From Amoeboaphelidium protococcarum X5 (lineage: Eukaryota; Fungi; Aphelidiomycota), in the NCBI GenBank assembly GCA_023515725.1, contig JALDTO010000179.1, positions 71,990-135,989 of the forward strand: a stretch of 64,000 nucleotides of DNA, read 5' to 3'. Numbering within the stretch: the stretch's first letter is position 1; each line of letters starts with the position of its first letter. Under the pieces are notes generated by a model, which was given only the letters and a program-made list of their open reading frames with translations, did no database searches and was not told the DNA's origin. Position numbers and translations under genes: made by a program. Of this stretch, positions 37,072 through 53,293 are shown in pieces.

Positions 37072-40000
37072 TCACTTGCTTTCAATGTGCACAATGGGAT
37101 TCCAGGAGGATGGCCGCCGTGAGATAAAGTTGCGACAGGTCTCAATCTTTTACAGGACGACCTGATCTTTTGGAATATAGTTGCTAAACATCTCAAATCC
37201 ATATAACGCTTCTTTAAACTGCCCATTAGTGAAGGCATCAAATGCTAGCTCATACGCGTTGTAAGCCTGCAGTGTAGAGTCTTTCATCAACTTGCGGAAT
37301 CCAACGAGTTCATACACTTTCACTGGAGTGGATTTACCTCTAACCATCACAATATCAAGTGGACGCGTCACAAAGTAATTCTGATGCAACTTGTTCTTGG
37401 TATACTCAGTGATCATAATTACCGTGCCATATCGTTTATTGAGAGACTCGCAGCGAGATGCCAAGTTGACATTATCTCCGAGGCAAGTGTAATTGAGACG
37501 CGTCGATGAGCCAACGTTTCCAACAAGAGCTTTACCGGTATTAATTCCAATTCGCATGTTCAAGTCTGGTAAACCTCTGGCGGCCCATTCCTATTACAAC
37601 TCTATGAGTCTTTGGCGGCTTTTTAACGCAGCACTACAACATATCGAGGCGTGATCCTTTACCGAGAGGGGTGCATTCCAAAATGCAACAATCGCATCAC
37701 CAACATACTTGTCTACCAGCCCCTGATTCTGGATATAGATATCGGACATGGCAGATAGATATTCTTTCATCATTTACACGAGAACTTAAGGTTCTAATTT
37801 CTCAGCAATAGAAGTAAAATTGACAATGTCAGAGAATAGAACCGTGATTTCCATTTCATCTACACCCAGCACTGCTTCTCTCTTCATCTTCACTAGCAGG
37901 GTGACAACATCCAGAGGGACATATTTACTAAACGACTTTAGACCAGTTTTCATTGCACTCATGGCCGATCTCAGGTACTGGACTTCTTTCAGGTAGATAT
38001 CAAAATTGAATAGCGGACTCTTCCTCATCATGGATATCCTTCTGCTGATTGGAAGAAGGCTCTTTGGACTGTTCTCTTAATGCTACTTTTAAGATGAATG
38101 TTAATTTGTACCACCATGAGTCGAAGCATCTCCGGTGTTGTCAAAGTCCTCAAAGTTGAGATCGGCAACTGAGAGCATTTCAAGGGCGATTCGCTTCAGC
38201 GGCTTACCAATTGCTCGAGTGACAAGAACTGACACTATCAGAGATAAGAAGAATACCAACACAGACACCATTGGTATGAGAACGTAATGGGCTGTCTGAA
38301 TATCGCCATTGTATGCAGAGTATGGGATATACGCAACCATCACCCAGTCAATATCACCCTGGCCGCGATAATAATGCTGCACAATGACATGAGAGTTGGC
38401 TTCATCAAACACTATAGGACCACCACTTTCAGGCCACACAATTTACCGCAAGGATCCATTGAACATCTGCTTGAGTTGTCTAATTGTTGATCTCACCTAC
38501 TCGGAAGTGCTCAACTCTGCATAGATGCGATCACCAGTAGGTCCCATATTGGGAATATCTATTGATGAAGTGGCCACGAGGTATCCTGTGCGTCTCTCAA
38601 TAGCAAAAAATAGTGGTATCTAAGAAGTATCGCCAGTGAGTGATACAGCTGCATCCTGAAAGTACTTGGCCAACGTAGCAAGCGATATATCCACAGCACT
38701 GACAAACTGTAAACGCGATTAAAAGTATACTGGTCGGACTGCGGTGATGCCAAACGTGATACCTTAAGCGTACGTGTACACAGAACTATAACCAGGACGT
38801 GCAGCGGCTATAGCCTGTCGGAAGAAAGGCCTACTCAACGCGGAATAATTAGCCACTTGCAGAGGAGGATTAGACGGCGAAAACGCATCCAGCACACAAG
38901 AGGTGTCATTCTAAATACAATTGCTTTAAATGCGAACCACCCACCTGTTGGGACGTGTAGTTCTATTCAAATACTTGACCAAGATGTGCTTGGAGTCAAT
39001 TTCACCGGTAGAATAGTCTTAATCCAGTGCAACGCCTGCAAACATATTATCAGGCCCAATGACGTAAATTTGATCATAATCTTACGTGCCAAATGTCATC
39101 AGAGCATACAAATGCCTCAATCCTCTCATAGTATTGTGTATCGGATACTCTGGAGAACTGTAGATGGACTCTGTGAAAATATTGATTCTCTCTGCACCAC
39201 TAAACGCCCCGTCCAGCTTCAACATGACATTATTTATGGTGGTATTAGACATTGACGAGATGGCGAGTGCAGTAGATGCAGATCCAGAGTAGAAGCTGAC
39301 CAGAGTGACAGTCAATATAGCAATCAACAAGATGATGACATTAAATACGCTAATGACATTTCTAAGGGACATCCATCTTCTAGGCACACGTAGAGAATCC
39401 AGTGAGTATCTAATCTTCTGCTTATAGACATCACAACTCTCACTCTTTGTGATGAAAGTTGCCAGACTGGAGTGTCGGAGGCGATCAGAGTTATTAACCG
39501 TGTTAGCATTGATCCAAGTATCAACTGCACTTGGCTACCTGCTCTTCTGATGGCCATATGAACTGGAACGTGCTCGCATTGCATAATCACCAGACGCATC
39601 TTGAGAGTTACGTTTATAATCATCAGGCGATACAATGGTAATGGATCGCATATGAGGCTTCCCAGATGAGAAAGCATTTGATGTGAATTCTTGATCATTC
39701 AAACCGGCGACCATGAGTCCATCATCACCAAAACTAACCTCATGAGTTATAATCGGGATACTGCAGGGAATATCATTCGATCCTTCTTGCTTGAAGATGC
39801 TAGTATTCATAAATATCTATCTTGATTCAGATGCGCCTGTGGAGCTTCGCTTGCGTCTACCATCAACATCAGAGCATTGACTTGATTCTTTACTTAATCT
39901 ATCAATAGTTGAAGTTTTACTGCGTCGACGCGCGGTCCCGTACTTCTAATCTTCATCACCAGAATTTTAGAAATCATTAGATGGCCGCTTCCCATTAGTT

Positions 40001-40389
40001 TGCCATAGTGACAGCAATCGATCAGCAAACGAAGACTGTCTCCTTGGTGCGTAAGCTTCCGAAGCATTTGATGCCTGCTTGTAAAGAAGAGAAGAAGTAG
40101 CTTGAGCATTGTCATTACTGCCAATGGACTCGCTCGATGCAGTTGCTAGAGATTGTGGAACTTGAGATCCACTACTATCATTCCCCAGATCAATGCCAGA
40201 CGTCGCCCCATAAATTATGGATGACGATTTCTTCACAACAAATCTATCGCTTGATTGAGGTTTCAAGCACTTGCCGATTTTGGTGGCATCAAGTTTCAAC
40301 TCACCAAGCATTGAATGCTCAGATTTCTGCTTCATCAGCTATCCATTCCCATTCCCACTCTCAGTGCCCTCAGTTCCTAATGAAGACAT
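37072..40389 (-). CDS. Receptor-type class III adenylate cyclase (TM - Cache-like sensor - TM - HAMP - cyclase), 1105 aa
   Basis: Six track fragments share one frame. Motifs [33 protein letters not shown] and [22 protein letters not shown]-like [10 protein letters not shown]...[12 protein letters not shown]. Confidence 0.9.
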
Positions 40390-40793
40390 TTTATTAAGCT
40401 ATTTAGTGGCAATATAATCTCGATGATTAAATCACAGAACTAAGTACTTCTTGATCAGAGGTCATGTTTGTTTCATGTGGCGATTATTGTTAGGCTCATT
40501 TCCTCTCTATCGATGCACCTCAGTAATCGAAAGGGCGTTACTACGCAACAACCATTGTTACGACTTTAGTCGTGATAGTCTTTAGTAAAGCACTAATATT
40601 GAAGGTGTCAAAAGCGTAATATGAGAATATTAAATATTCCTGTACTAAAAACAATGGAAGTCAACTATTATTATACGCTTCAATTTGTTATTCATCAGAA
40701 TTTGGCTCAACGTTTTACAAAGTGATGAACGCGACATTGCAATGATTGAATAACTTAGAGGATGCTGCTTTCGATATTTTATATACATGGAAG

Positions 40794-42157
40794 TCAAAAT
40801 ATATCATAGAAACAGTCCAATCCTTATCCTACACCAAAATAGAGTTGTATTAGAATTGTGATGCTTCAGTATATCAACACCACACTTACCAATCTCCCAC
40901 AGAGAAACACCCGTTTTGGAACGCGACACAAACTCTAAGCGCTTCCTGATAGACTACATAATAAATATGAGTACACAAGTATAGAATAACAATAATAAAT
41001 ATACTTTTTTAGTTGGATAATAAATCACAGTGCCTTAAATAGAATCTTCAAATCTACATTCCTCAATCTTCTCATCCCAATAAGCTGCATATTATGAAGA
41101 AGACGTTTTCAGCTCATCAATGAATTGCGTTCCAATGACGGCTCTTTACTATTCAGATGAATTGGGATCAAATAGATATCCGTACATGTTCATACCAACC
41201 AAAATTTTGTTACAAGCATTCCAAGTAGTCGATTCTGAGAGGTCGCCACAAAGCAAAGCAACTTCATCAGAGATCCAACTCAGTGGAGCATTGGGCCCAG
41301 GTAAACCACTACCAGAATAGTCATAAGTCATTAGGGAGAAGTAGCTGACATCATTGAGTAATTGTGAAAAGTGTACAGAGGAGAATGGCATAATCTGTTA
41401 TGATTACTATCCAGGTGAGGACTTGAAACGCGTCGATGGTGGTATTACCAAAATCAACTCTAGTGCATTTTTACGCAGATGCTTTGATATAAGTTTAATC
41501 ACACCCACAAAGTATTACGGCAAGTCAATTTCCAATACCATGCCATCAAAGTTGTTCTTATTGCATAGTTTCACAATTGACTTTAATAATGACTTGACCA
41601 AATACGGATTATCGGTTGCCTTTAGCAAATTGATGGCGTCAGTCTAGCTCTGCAACTCAAGTCTAAACCTGGGCATAATTTCAACTTTATGACTACCATC
41701 AACGCTAGACTTTAGTGTAGATTAATTATTACCATATTTTACTCGCTAAATCCACTGAGAATCAACGTCATGTTCACCATTAATATCATATCCACCACCA
41801 TTTCTACACTTACACAATCCAATTACAACTGAGAACACCTCTTACAGACTGTTTCATTCATATTTACCGCGGTCTAATCCGGAACCATACCGGACTTATA
41901 ATGTCAAATTTTGATCTAAACTTTACAGCAACATCATAGCCGTGAGAGTTCCATGGAGTGACGTACGCAAGAACTTTCACATGTTTATTTAACAGTCTAT
42001 TCTCAGCATTGACACTGATTTGATCATAACTAGAAAGCATAAACTCCACAGTTTCCTCACCTTCAATCATTTCCAAACCATCCTCTAGAATGTGTTGTTC
42101 CTCAGCAGCAAAGAAAGTTGAACATAATATTAAAAAAGTTAATATTGATTTTATCAT
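40794..42157 (-). CDS. CHID1: Chitinase domain-containing protein 1 (inactive GH18-like), multi-exon
   Basis: Signal peptide. Motifs [29 protein letters not shown] (no DxDxE), [19 protein letters not shown] and [12 protein letters not shown]. Confidence 0.87.
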
Positions 42158-42212
42158 GATAGTTTTACTCTATTTAAACTGTTCGTTGTAACACTTATAT
42201 CGAGGCGATTTA

Positions 42213-44705
42213 TCAAGTAGAGGAATTAGAGGAGGAGGAGGAGGAGGAGATTGAGAGCAGCTGATCGAATGATATGGGCTCAAAGTCAGGCTTGGAATCC
42301 TTGGTCACTTTCCACAGATAAATGACATCACCGTCAGTATATATAATTTAACCACCAAAATTAAACAGAACGCGACCACCAGAATCCGACTAGCCTGTTG
42401 GATAGAAGAGAATTCCATTCTTATCAGCCAGATACCGCAACGTTTCTTTCATGCTTAAACGTGTAGGATGCGCGTTGATCAGCTTTCTTCTATTGCTAGA
42501 TGATGATGATTTGATACTTTCAGAATGTTATTATTGATATGGCTTGGAGAAACGGTCATCCATAAATCCCACAACCGAGCCACTGCGCAATTTATAATTC
42601 ACCATGTCAACGACATCATTGAGCATTTACTCAATCTCTGGCATTAAAAGCATATACTCTGCGAACAAGGCCTGAATGCTGGATTTTTATTAAAGTACTT
42701 TGTCTATAACTAAATTATCATCATCATCATCATGACTCCCTCCATCTTTGAGAAGTATATAACAGTGATGCATTAACTAGGGATAAAAGTATTACTCCAT
42801 CAGACTTAAAATAGCAGATGATCTTAGCAGAGGAGACCATTTAAACAGTATTTAGAACTGTAAGTCAAATGTATCAAAGTCTATATGTGCAAAAGATATT
42901 CTTAGTTTTGAGATGACAACATTATCGACTAGTCTGTTAATAGTATCACCATGTAAAACATCCAACCAAGGCTCAAGAGTTTCAAATCCACAATCCATAA
43001 AGATGTCATCCTGCTGCAGCGAGTTATAAAGTTCACCAACGACAAACTCTGTAATTTCTTCCAACTGATTCTACCCCAGAAAGGGAAGCCATTAAAATAT
43101 CCAGCTCATAACATCTTGGATCTAGGATAATTTGAGCTCTTCCATTATCATTGGCTAAACGATGGTATCTAATAAATCATCCATTATTGCCTGAGGCACT
43201 ATCTGTTGCCATCTAATAAATAAATCTGTCAAGAGTTACGGCTTTTTTATATCTAGGTGATTAATAACATAACGGCGAACGACCGGAAGCCAGCAGGTGA
43301 ACATTAAATGCTCATAAGGTGTCATTTATCTCTCTTGAATCTCTTCATGTTCAACCATTTCTTCACTCTCGACTCTTATTACAGGCATCCACGAGGATAC
43401 GATACCAATTAATTCAGTTTCAATCGAATGAGATAAATCTTGCTCTACAATAAGTGACCACTACTAGAATATTCTCTTAAAATCAGGCAAGACTATTCCA
43501 ACCAGGCACTCACTGGTTTAACGTTTATCACCGTCATTCAGATCTAAAATTTGAATTTAATTGAAGATTTCATCATATTATGACACCATCAACCTTTACT
43601 CTTAGTCTTGCGAATTGAAAGCGACTCTAAACCCTGCTAATAACTACTGTAGTAACGAATAATTCTATTAAGTCAGCTAAAAAGTAGATAACTACTGTTA
43701 CGCATACTCTATTTAATCCAATACTCGGCATTTCTAATCTTATAATTACTTTAGAACTAGTTCAGCATTATCTAATCGCCTCTCAATCTTTTCAATTTCA
43801 CTCAATTTACCCAGATCATCATGCCGCATACCATCAACATCAGCATCATACTCTAATCCTGATACAGAATCACCTCCAAGATTTATATCGTGAAACCTAG
43901 TATGCTCAACAACGTCTTGTCCCGTGTAATCATAAATCTTCAACAAATCTCCACCACCTAAGTCAGTCTTGAAATGAACTTTACGTTTCTACTACTTACT
44001 TTAAACACTCTTTCTGACATACGACTTATCATACATGCTTTCATCATCATCGTCATCATCATCATCATCGTCTGGTACAATCTTTTACCTTTTCTGAGTC
44101 TTGGAAGACTATTACTTTTACGATTACCTCGGTTATTATTACTAAGACTTGGATTAAGATTAACCAAATCCAATACCTTTACCGCGTTATCTCAGCTCCA
44201 CCTCAACTGGATTAACTATACCTTTCCGATCTTCACTTGCGCCAATCCCACTACCCACTTTCCACCCCATCTTCTATAGCAATTTACTTCCAATACCTTT
44301 CGTTCGCTTCTCCCAACTTCCAATATCATTCTATGTATTAAATGCGGCTTCATATTGTATCTGATCTTCATCTTTCCCAGATTACAACTACCATTATGCC
44401 GACTGATCCACCAAAGACTTGCTCGATCCAAACTATAACGGTAACTGATATTACTGAAACTATTACTTATCATTATCCTCATTCATACCAGAATAATCAT
44501 CTGCTGATGAACTCTAATCCTCAGTATCTTCTAACTTATCTATAATATTCATATCATCAGACTTGACAGTATCATCCATCTAAGTGGTGGTGGGAACGAA
44601 ACTCACTGGCTTGAATGGATCAAATAATAGTCCACCACCATGCTGCACATCTTCTTCCACATCAGACTCTCCATATATATGCTACTACTTTCTCTTACTA
44701 GTCAT
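42213..44705 (-). CDS. TFIP11: Spliceosome disassembly factor TFIP11/SPP382 (G-patch + GCFC domain), 830 aa
   Basis: G-patch IGSWEKRTKGIGSKLLQKMGWKVG...GIVNPV. Also WLPVVRR, IQDVMSWIF and W-rich GCFC repeats. Confidence 0.87.
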
Positions 44706-45137
44706 ATGATTATATGGAGTCAGTTGAAATAATTAAAATTTTACAATATAAAGAGGGATAATATAGTTGACGCGTATCAATGAATGATAGGTGAAGATGA
44801 GAAGAGAAGAGAGACGTTGAGAATGGCTTAGAGAAGGAACGCCTACAGTATAATGCTTAAAGTGGGCTGTAAACCTTCAATTCCCCAATAGCAAAGAATT
44901 AACATTCATAATCGCTCACACAAAAAACCTTATAGATTAAACTTATTCTGCTTATTCATAAAAAGCGAATGGACACACGTTCTTGAGGCGGATGATTTCG
45001 ATTGGATTCGATCATTTTCTCCTTCGCTGATCGTCGTCTCTTTTAGATCGCGATTGATTAGGATTTGACTATACACCTAGTAAACCATCTTACTTTACCC
45101 TCTGGATTCGACTCTTGTTTGCAACACTGAAAGGATT

Positions 45138-46262
45138 ATGACTTAGTAGTAGACAGCTAGCGAAACTTCAATCAACACTGGTAGTAATTGGAAGAATATC
45201 AACAATTGGCACTGGGTGAGTAAGGACTGTCTGCCGTGGTCTGCAGATTATCTTCGCACCCACTTGACGGGGTTGACGTGCACAGATACCAAGTCTAATA
45301 CCAAGCTGTCGGTTGCGTCTGTTGATTCTGTGAAGGGCGATGTGGATTTAAATGTACGCAAGGGGAAGGTGATTTACATCTTTGATTTGCAGGTGAAATT
45401 GAATGTTCATGTCATGGATGCTGGCAGTGCCGGTGATTAGGTGGGCAGTGCTGAGGTGGAGATTAGCGAAGCCTTTCACGATTCTGAATTGGATGATTAT
45501 CTGTTGGACATCACCGTCAAAGATCTCAAGGATGGCCGCAATGCTGCTGATGTGAAGAAGATCATCAAGTCCCAGTTGATACCACAAGTTCACGAGACGC
45601 TGGTTGAGTAATTCCCTAAAGCTTTGGTGGATGAACATGGCGAGACTTTGCTTGTCAAAAGTGCTTCTCCCACCTCTCAATAATAATCTTAGTCTAAAGG
45701 ATCGGAGTAGGATGATTCCAAGAGCTAGTAGTAGAAAGTTACTTAAGAATTCAAGTGCGGCACAGTAGCATCCTCTTAAACTTCCTCATACTCACAGCAG
45801 TCCAATAGTAGTAAATACAAAAAGAGCCAATTTAGCACCAAGACAGAGTTCAAGTGCAGTAAAGCTGATTTGGTGGCCAGTTTATTCCAACCTCAGCGCG
45901 TCAAAGTTTGGACCGGTGATTCTTCAGCTGTTATTGGTCTGTAGAAAGGATTGCAATGGCGTATCTATGGCAATGGAATTAACGGTTAAATTCTGGATGT
46001 GATTCTTAAGAATCAGAGCACTTCAAACTCTGTTGATTATGACAGCGTCGACAAAGTTGTACTCTCCTGGTCGTTGAGTTCATGGGAATCCGCTGGCTAT
46101 GAGCCATCTAAAGTAACGCTCACCTTTGATCAAGGCTCTGATTCCACCACTATCCACGTCCAGCACGATAATGTGCCGTTTGTTGAAGAGGAGCAGATCA
46201 AGTAGAACTGGAGTGCAATGTACTTTGACAAGATTAAGTACGTCTTTGGATACGTGATTTGA
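45138..46262 (+). CDS. AHA1: Hsp90 co-chaperone AHA1, 374 aa
   Basis: Motifs NWKNINNWHWVSKDCLPWS and GDVDLNVRKGKVIYIFDL. C-terminal START-like domain ending NWSAMYFDKIKYVFG. Confidence 0.92.
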
Positions 46263-46429
46263 TTCAATTGGGGTATCGTGAAAGCAATAAATACACCTAT
46301 CTTTAAGACTAATGATGCAAGTTGCTAAAAGATTTTAAAATCTAAAGTACTAACTTTTAGAGAGACAAACGAAATTACATACGGTACTGTTATACTTCAA
46401 AGAAGGAGGAAGCTATCTGAACATCAGGA

Positions 46430-48286
<1,857 letters not shown>

Positions 48287-48693
48287 CTTATCTTGATCGC
48301 TTATTAATGCAATTCACTCTTAATAATACTTTAGAAATTTTAGTTGAAGCAATGGATGATGATATAAATAGAGAAGAATTACAAAGGGGCACTACGTGAT
48401 AGCCGATGAGATCAAATCAGGATGGTTTAAGCAGAGAGAAGAAGAAGGGAAAGCGAAGGAGAGATCTTTTTGCAGCGGCGAAAGCTCCCTTGAAATGATG
48501 CGGTGGCGAGAGTTGGAGGCGACATCACGTCATTTGGGCACAAGATCTCGGCGTTATATTTCATGTTCTTTTGATAATGATGACCATTTATTGTAAGATA
48601 TTAGATGTTGAAGCAGAATTATTGACGTTTAATATAACAGATGGAATAATTTTCTTCCTTATACACTGACATATAGTGGGAAAGTCAAAGTTT

Positions 48694-50424
48694 TCATTGT
48701 TCTTGCTTCAAGAGACGTTCAGATTCGTCAATTTCCGGTTAATCTTCCAAATTATCACCATTTTTTAAAGTATCGCCACTTAGAATTTATGAGGCAAAAC
48801 TTTCAATTTAATATGGAGTATTCTACTAAAGATTAGAATTGCATTATGAGACGATAGTACTCGAACCAAGGCTATTTGAGCTTTCATCGCTAGTTATGAT
48901 ATTATCGCAACTCATCATCCCCTGCTTCTCTAGCTGATTAACACGATTTTCATTATCCATCAAGTGCTCATATTCACCTTTATCCAAATACACTTCTCTT
49001 CTCGTTTTATGTCTGACTGTAGATTTACGTCTAATTCGGACAGCTTTTCGCTGAACTTTATGCTTAAAACCGTGCTCAAAGCTATTGATCTGTTTCTATT
49101 ACACGCTGATTTAATTCCCATCAAGACATTATGGCATCAATTAAGTATCAGTAGGTGGAATCATGTCTGTCTCATCCAAGATGTCCGAACCAATCATCCG
49201 CTCAATTATATCTTCCATGGTGACTATTCCGATAGCAGAATGTTCACTGTAGCCTTTAGTTTTTTCAATGATGATTGCTAGATGACATCTGGCCTCTCTC
49301 ATCTTGCGGAGTGCATCAAATGCCTCCATATGACCGGCTAAATGTAAACAGCGTACTACTGCGTGACTCTTCACATCTCTAATACGGCAGGTATGCTCTT
49401 TATCAGTAATACTTCCCTCGAAGCGACTACATATCAATCTCTTTACAAGCAAATTACCGATAATGTTAGATCGATTAGCCTTGAACACTGGTATTCTACT
49501 ATAGCCAAGAGCATTAATCACTTTCAAAGCATCATTGTCAAGTACCGTGTCTATATCAAGAACAAAGGCTTTATCCAGAGGAGTCATTAACTATTAAATC
49601 TGCATGGACTTCACATCGAGAACGCTTTTGATCACACGAACCTCGTCTTGAGACAAATCACCCAACTAAGCCTTACTATGCATATCTACAAGCTCTTTCA
49701 GTTCTGCGCGCCTGTACACTACACCTGTATGAGTACCAAGAACAAGAGTCAGTAATTTAGCGATAGGCCAAGCTATAGGATAGAGAATGAACATCAATAT
49801 GCGAACGAGCCAAGCCATTCGCGCACCAATGACCAAACCGTGACGACTACACACTGCCTGCGGTATAATCTCCGCAAACAGAACAATAAGAGCTGTAGAG
49901 ATTATCACAGCGTACAAGCCACCACCAGCTATCAGATCATCAAATAGTATAGGAAGTGTCTCATTAGCAAGCATGTTGGCTATTAACAGAGTACACAATA
50001 ATAAATGACCCTTCTTCCTAAGTGGCTCCACTAGAGCAGCATATTGCTTCTACTCCTCTGAACCACTTCTCCTTATGATACGCAGCGAGTTCTCATCCAG
50101 AGACATGTAGCCAAGCGTAAGGCCAGATACCACAGCGCCCAGCAGAAGTAACAACAGGATGGCACCCAATCTCCAATAGAATGCCAAGCTACCGACAGGA
50201 ATAGCAGACTAAGCTGACGAAGAATTAATACCGTTGGTTATCAAGAGATGCGATACATTTTTATCATCCTTACTTTGCAGTAATTAACCATGGTCATGAT
50301 GGCGATCACTATGATGTCGATCCGATGATAATCTGTTCGGATATGGAACAGCAACAACTAAGCCAACCGTATAAATAATAGCAAATATAAGCGATGTGAA
50401 GCGTATCCTAGTCACTGCTTTCAT
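48694..50424 (-). CDS. CNNM/MAM3-like DUF21 + CBS metal transporter, 576 aa
   Basis: Motifs SGLTLGYMSLD, HLLLCTLLIANMLANETLPI, FAEIIPQAVCSRHGL, GYSRIPVF and GIVTMEDIIERMIGSDILDETD. Confidence 0.92.
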
Positions 50425-50671
50425 TTTATAATATACGATACTTTTTTCAAGAGACCACAAGGTATATAATAATGAAATTTAGGGAGCGAGAAACGATTAC
50501 GCGGAGATCGTTGTCGCGACCGCCTGATCCTTTCAAGCAATGGAACGATGAAACAACTCTCTCTCATTCACTCACTCTTTCTCGTCTTGTCTCTATTTTC
50601 CTTCGTTATGATCATTCCATCCCTTGTCAGAAGTAGAGATTACGTCGCTCCATATTTTATTTGCGCGTATA

Positions 50672-53048
50672 ATGAGTAAAGTCAGTATAGCTTATGAATT
50701 ACCTTTGACTGAATATGGAGTGGGGCATCGTCTTGGTGTGAATAGTATCGTGTCAGTAGACGATTTGGTGTACTCTGGTGGTAAAGATGGTTAAATTATA
50801 CGTTGGTCTCTAGAATATAACAATAAAGCTTCAAATGTACTTTGTTTATTAATGAATCACAATCTAAAAGTATCTTTATAATCTCAATGTAGTTGAAGAT
50901 TAAATCATAAAATGCATGGCAAGCACATCATCATTGGATCAATGATTTATAGTTTGCTAATCAAGCATAAACGCGTAACTATTTAAAGACTTGAAAGTCT
51001 TACATTGATTGTTTTCTTATGATATCTATGTAGTGGTATCTGCTAGTTCTGATGCTACGATTAAATGCTGGAATCTTTCAGACTCGCTCAAGAATGACCT
51101 TTAATGTTCTACAGTACTTACAGGACACGTTGACTTTGTAAAGAAAATTGCTGTTCCTTTTAATAACGGGCATTAATTAGTTTCTACCGGACTTGATGGT
51201 AGAGTTATTAAATGGGATCTGAATGTAGAAAATGGCGGTGCTGTAGGTAAATTTGTGAACATTTGTATTTTTCAATAGCTTTGCTTTGATGATTGTGTGT
51301 AGATCTTGTCCGCGGGCATTTGAGTAATCTGGAGTCTAATTACTCGTTATCAACGTCTTAGGATGGTAATATTGTATGTGCTGGAAGTTTCAAAGGGGTA
51401 ATATATTCCTATTTCGTAATGGCCATTATAGTTTAATAACTTTTAGTGTGTTCTGCACTTTGTAGATGATTAATATCATTGATCCAAGATTGGAACACAC
51501 CGCACATTCTCTTAAAGCACATAATGCGTCTGTAAGGAGTCTATTAAGTTCTGCCGATGGATAAACTTTAATTTCTGCCAGTTCAGACAAAACTGTCAAA
51601 ATTTGGTCGCTGCGTATGATGCGATGCCTCTAAACAATATGCGACTTTGAGGATTCAGTCTTTGAGTTATCTTCACAATCCTAACATGATAATGTCGATT
51701 CGGATTTGTCTCAATTTTATGCTGGGTGCCGTGATGGTTCTATTTGGCATTTTAGACGTCGCCGAAGTGGTGCTCAAGAATATATCGATCATGTGGTGGC
51801 GTTGAATGAGCGACCTATCGCTGCTCTGTGCTGGCTTCCACATCGTAATTACTTGGTGTGTGGAACAGATTAGTCAAAAGTTGAGTTGTGGGATAGTTCT
51901 GTGGATTTAAGCGGTGACGATGATCTTCTTATACCAGCTATAGAGCCCATAGCTCAAAGTTAGTGTCATGACGGTATTCATAAACAGCTCATGTTGGACG
52001 ATCGCGTGTCCGTTTTGACCATGGCCATATCTGGAAATGTCTAATTGGTAAATATTATTTATGGCCAAGTGGTTAAGTAGTACGAAAAAATGAACAATAA
52101 AGATTTTGAAGCGTTGTACAACAGACTCAACCAATCCAGCGACTGGTGCGCGCAATGGTGCAACGTTGAATGTGTCAATGGACTCTTAAGAGTCATTCTG
52201 AATGAGATGAAAGCTTTCGATGGTGAACTTTATGAGAGTGCTATTAGGAAATCCTCGTCTTCTCATGCTGATGGCTAAGATATGCGAGTGATAGTTGGAA
52301 AGCTTGTACTGTCTTCATTACTTAAAGCTTATATAGATTGGAAGTAGATGACGCAAAGTTCTGATGGAGTCGCCAAGCTTGAAGGATAAGAGAAAAAGTT
52401 TCTTGTCAAGTTCTTACCTGATACTAATCTTATGCTTTAGATGGATCATAACGATGCATGTGTCCCTGTTTAGATATTTTCATGCAAACTGGGTGATGTG
52501 AAGTAGAATTTCTAGTTACTGGACAAATATCTTCCCATTTGGATTGACACCTACATTATAAAAGTATTATATGCTTGTTTTGAGGCTTCTTCTGAAATAT
52601 CGCGCCCTAACTTGTAGGATGTTCCAATTCAAAAAGATATTGTGAAGATATCATTTACCGTACTGCCCCACTCTAAGAGTGCTCTACCTCGTCTATCATA
52701 ATCGTATGCTCCTTTATCCATCAAATTATATACTGATCAACATTTTGTGTAGAAAAGATAAGCTGGTTACTAATAGAATGATTTAATTGGCTAAAATCGT
52801 AGACTTTATCGCTGAAGATTTAAGCCAAAGTCACAAGACTCTATTCGGTAACAAGGATTTGAAAAAGTCTCTTATAATTTTGCTCAATGACCAGGTAGGG
52901 CACTGAATTGAATGACGATGAGATACATTATTATTACGCGTGTTTGTAGATTTTGGATTATCAACTGACTTTGGCGACTATTAAGTACAAGCGATTCAGT
53001 GGTAGTGAATTGATTCTTCATTACGCAGAATAGCAAGAGCTCCAGTGA
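50672..53048 (+). CDS. WDR48: WD40 protein WDR48/UAF1 (Bun107-like), about 7 introns
   Basis: Motifs GHRLGVNS...LVYSGGKDG, HWINDL, SASSDATIKCW, GHVDFVK and AQWCNVE. C-terminal LTLATIK...LILHY. No track ORF above 62 aa. Confidence 0.82.
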
Positions 53049-53293
53049 TATTGATTGTGGTTTGTGTGAATATTGTATGTACAAGAATACATCCATTCCT
53101 TTTACCAAAGTTAAAACGTCCATCGTCAAAAGTTGTTTGTAGTTTGATTCGATTGAAATTTAATTTCGTTTCACTTCGCGTCGCGTCGAAAACTTTTCCC
53201 CTGTGCGGATTTCCATTTCTTGTTTCTCCACTCCATTCAGTCTCCTGAAAACTAGATATCATTTAGAATATTAAAGTCACCTAGTTCAAAGGA

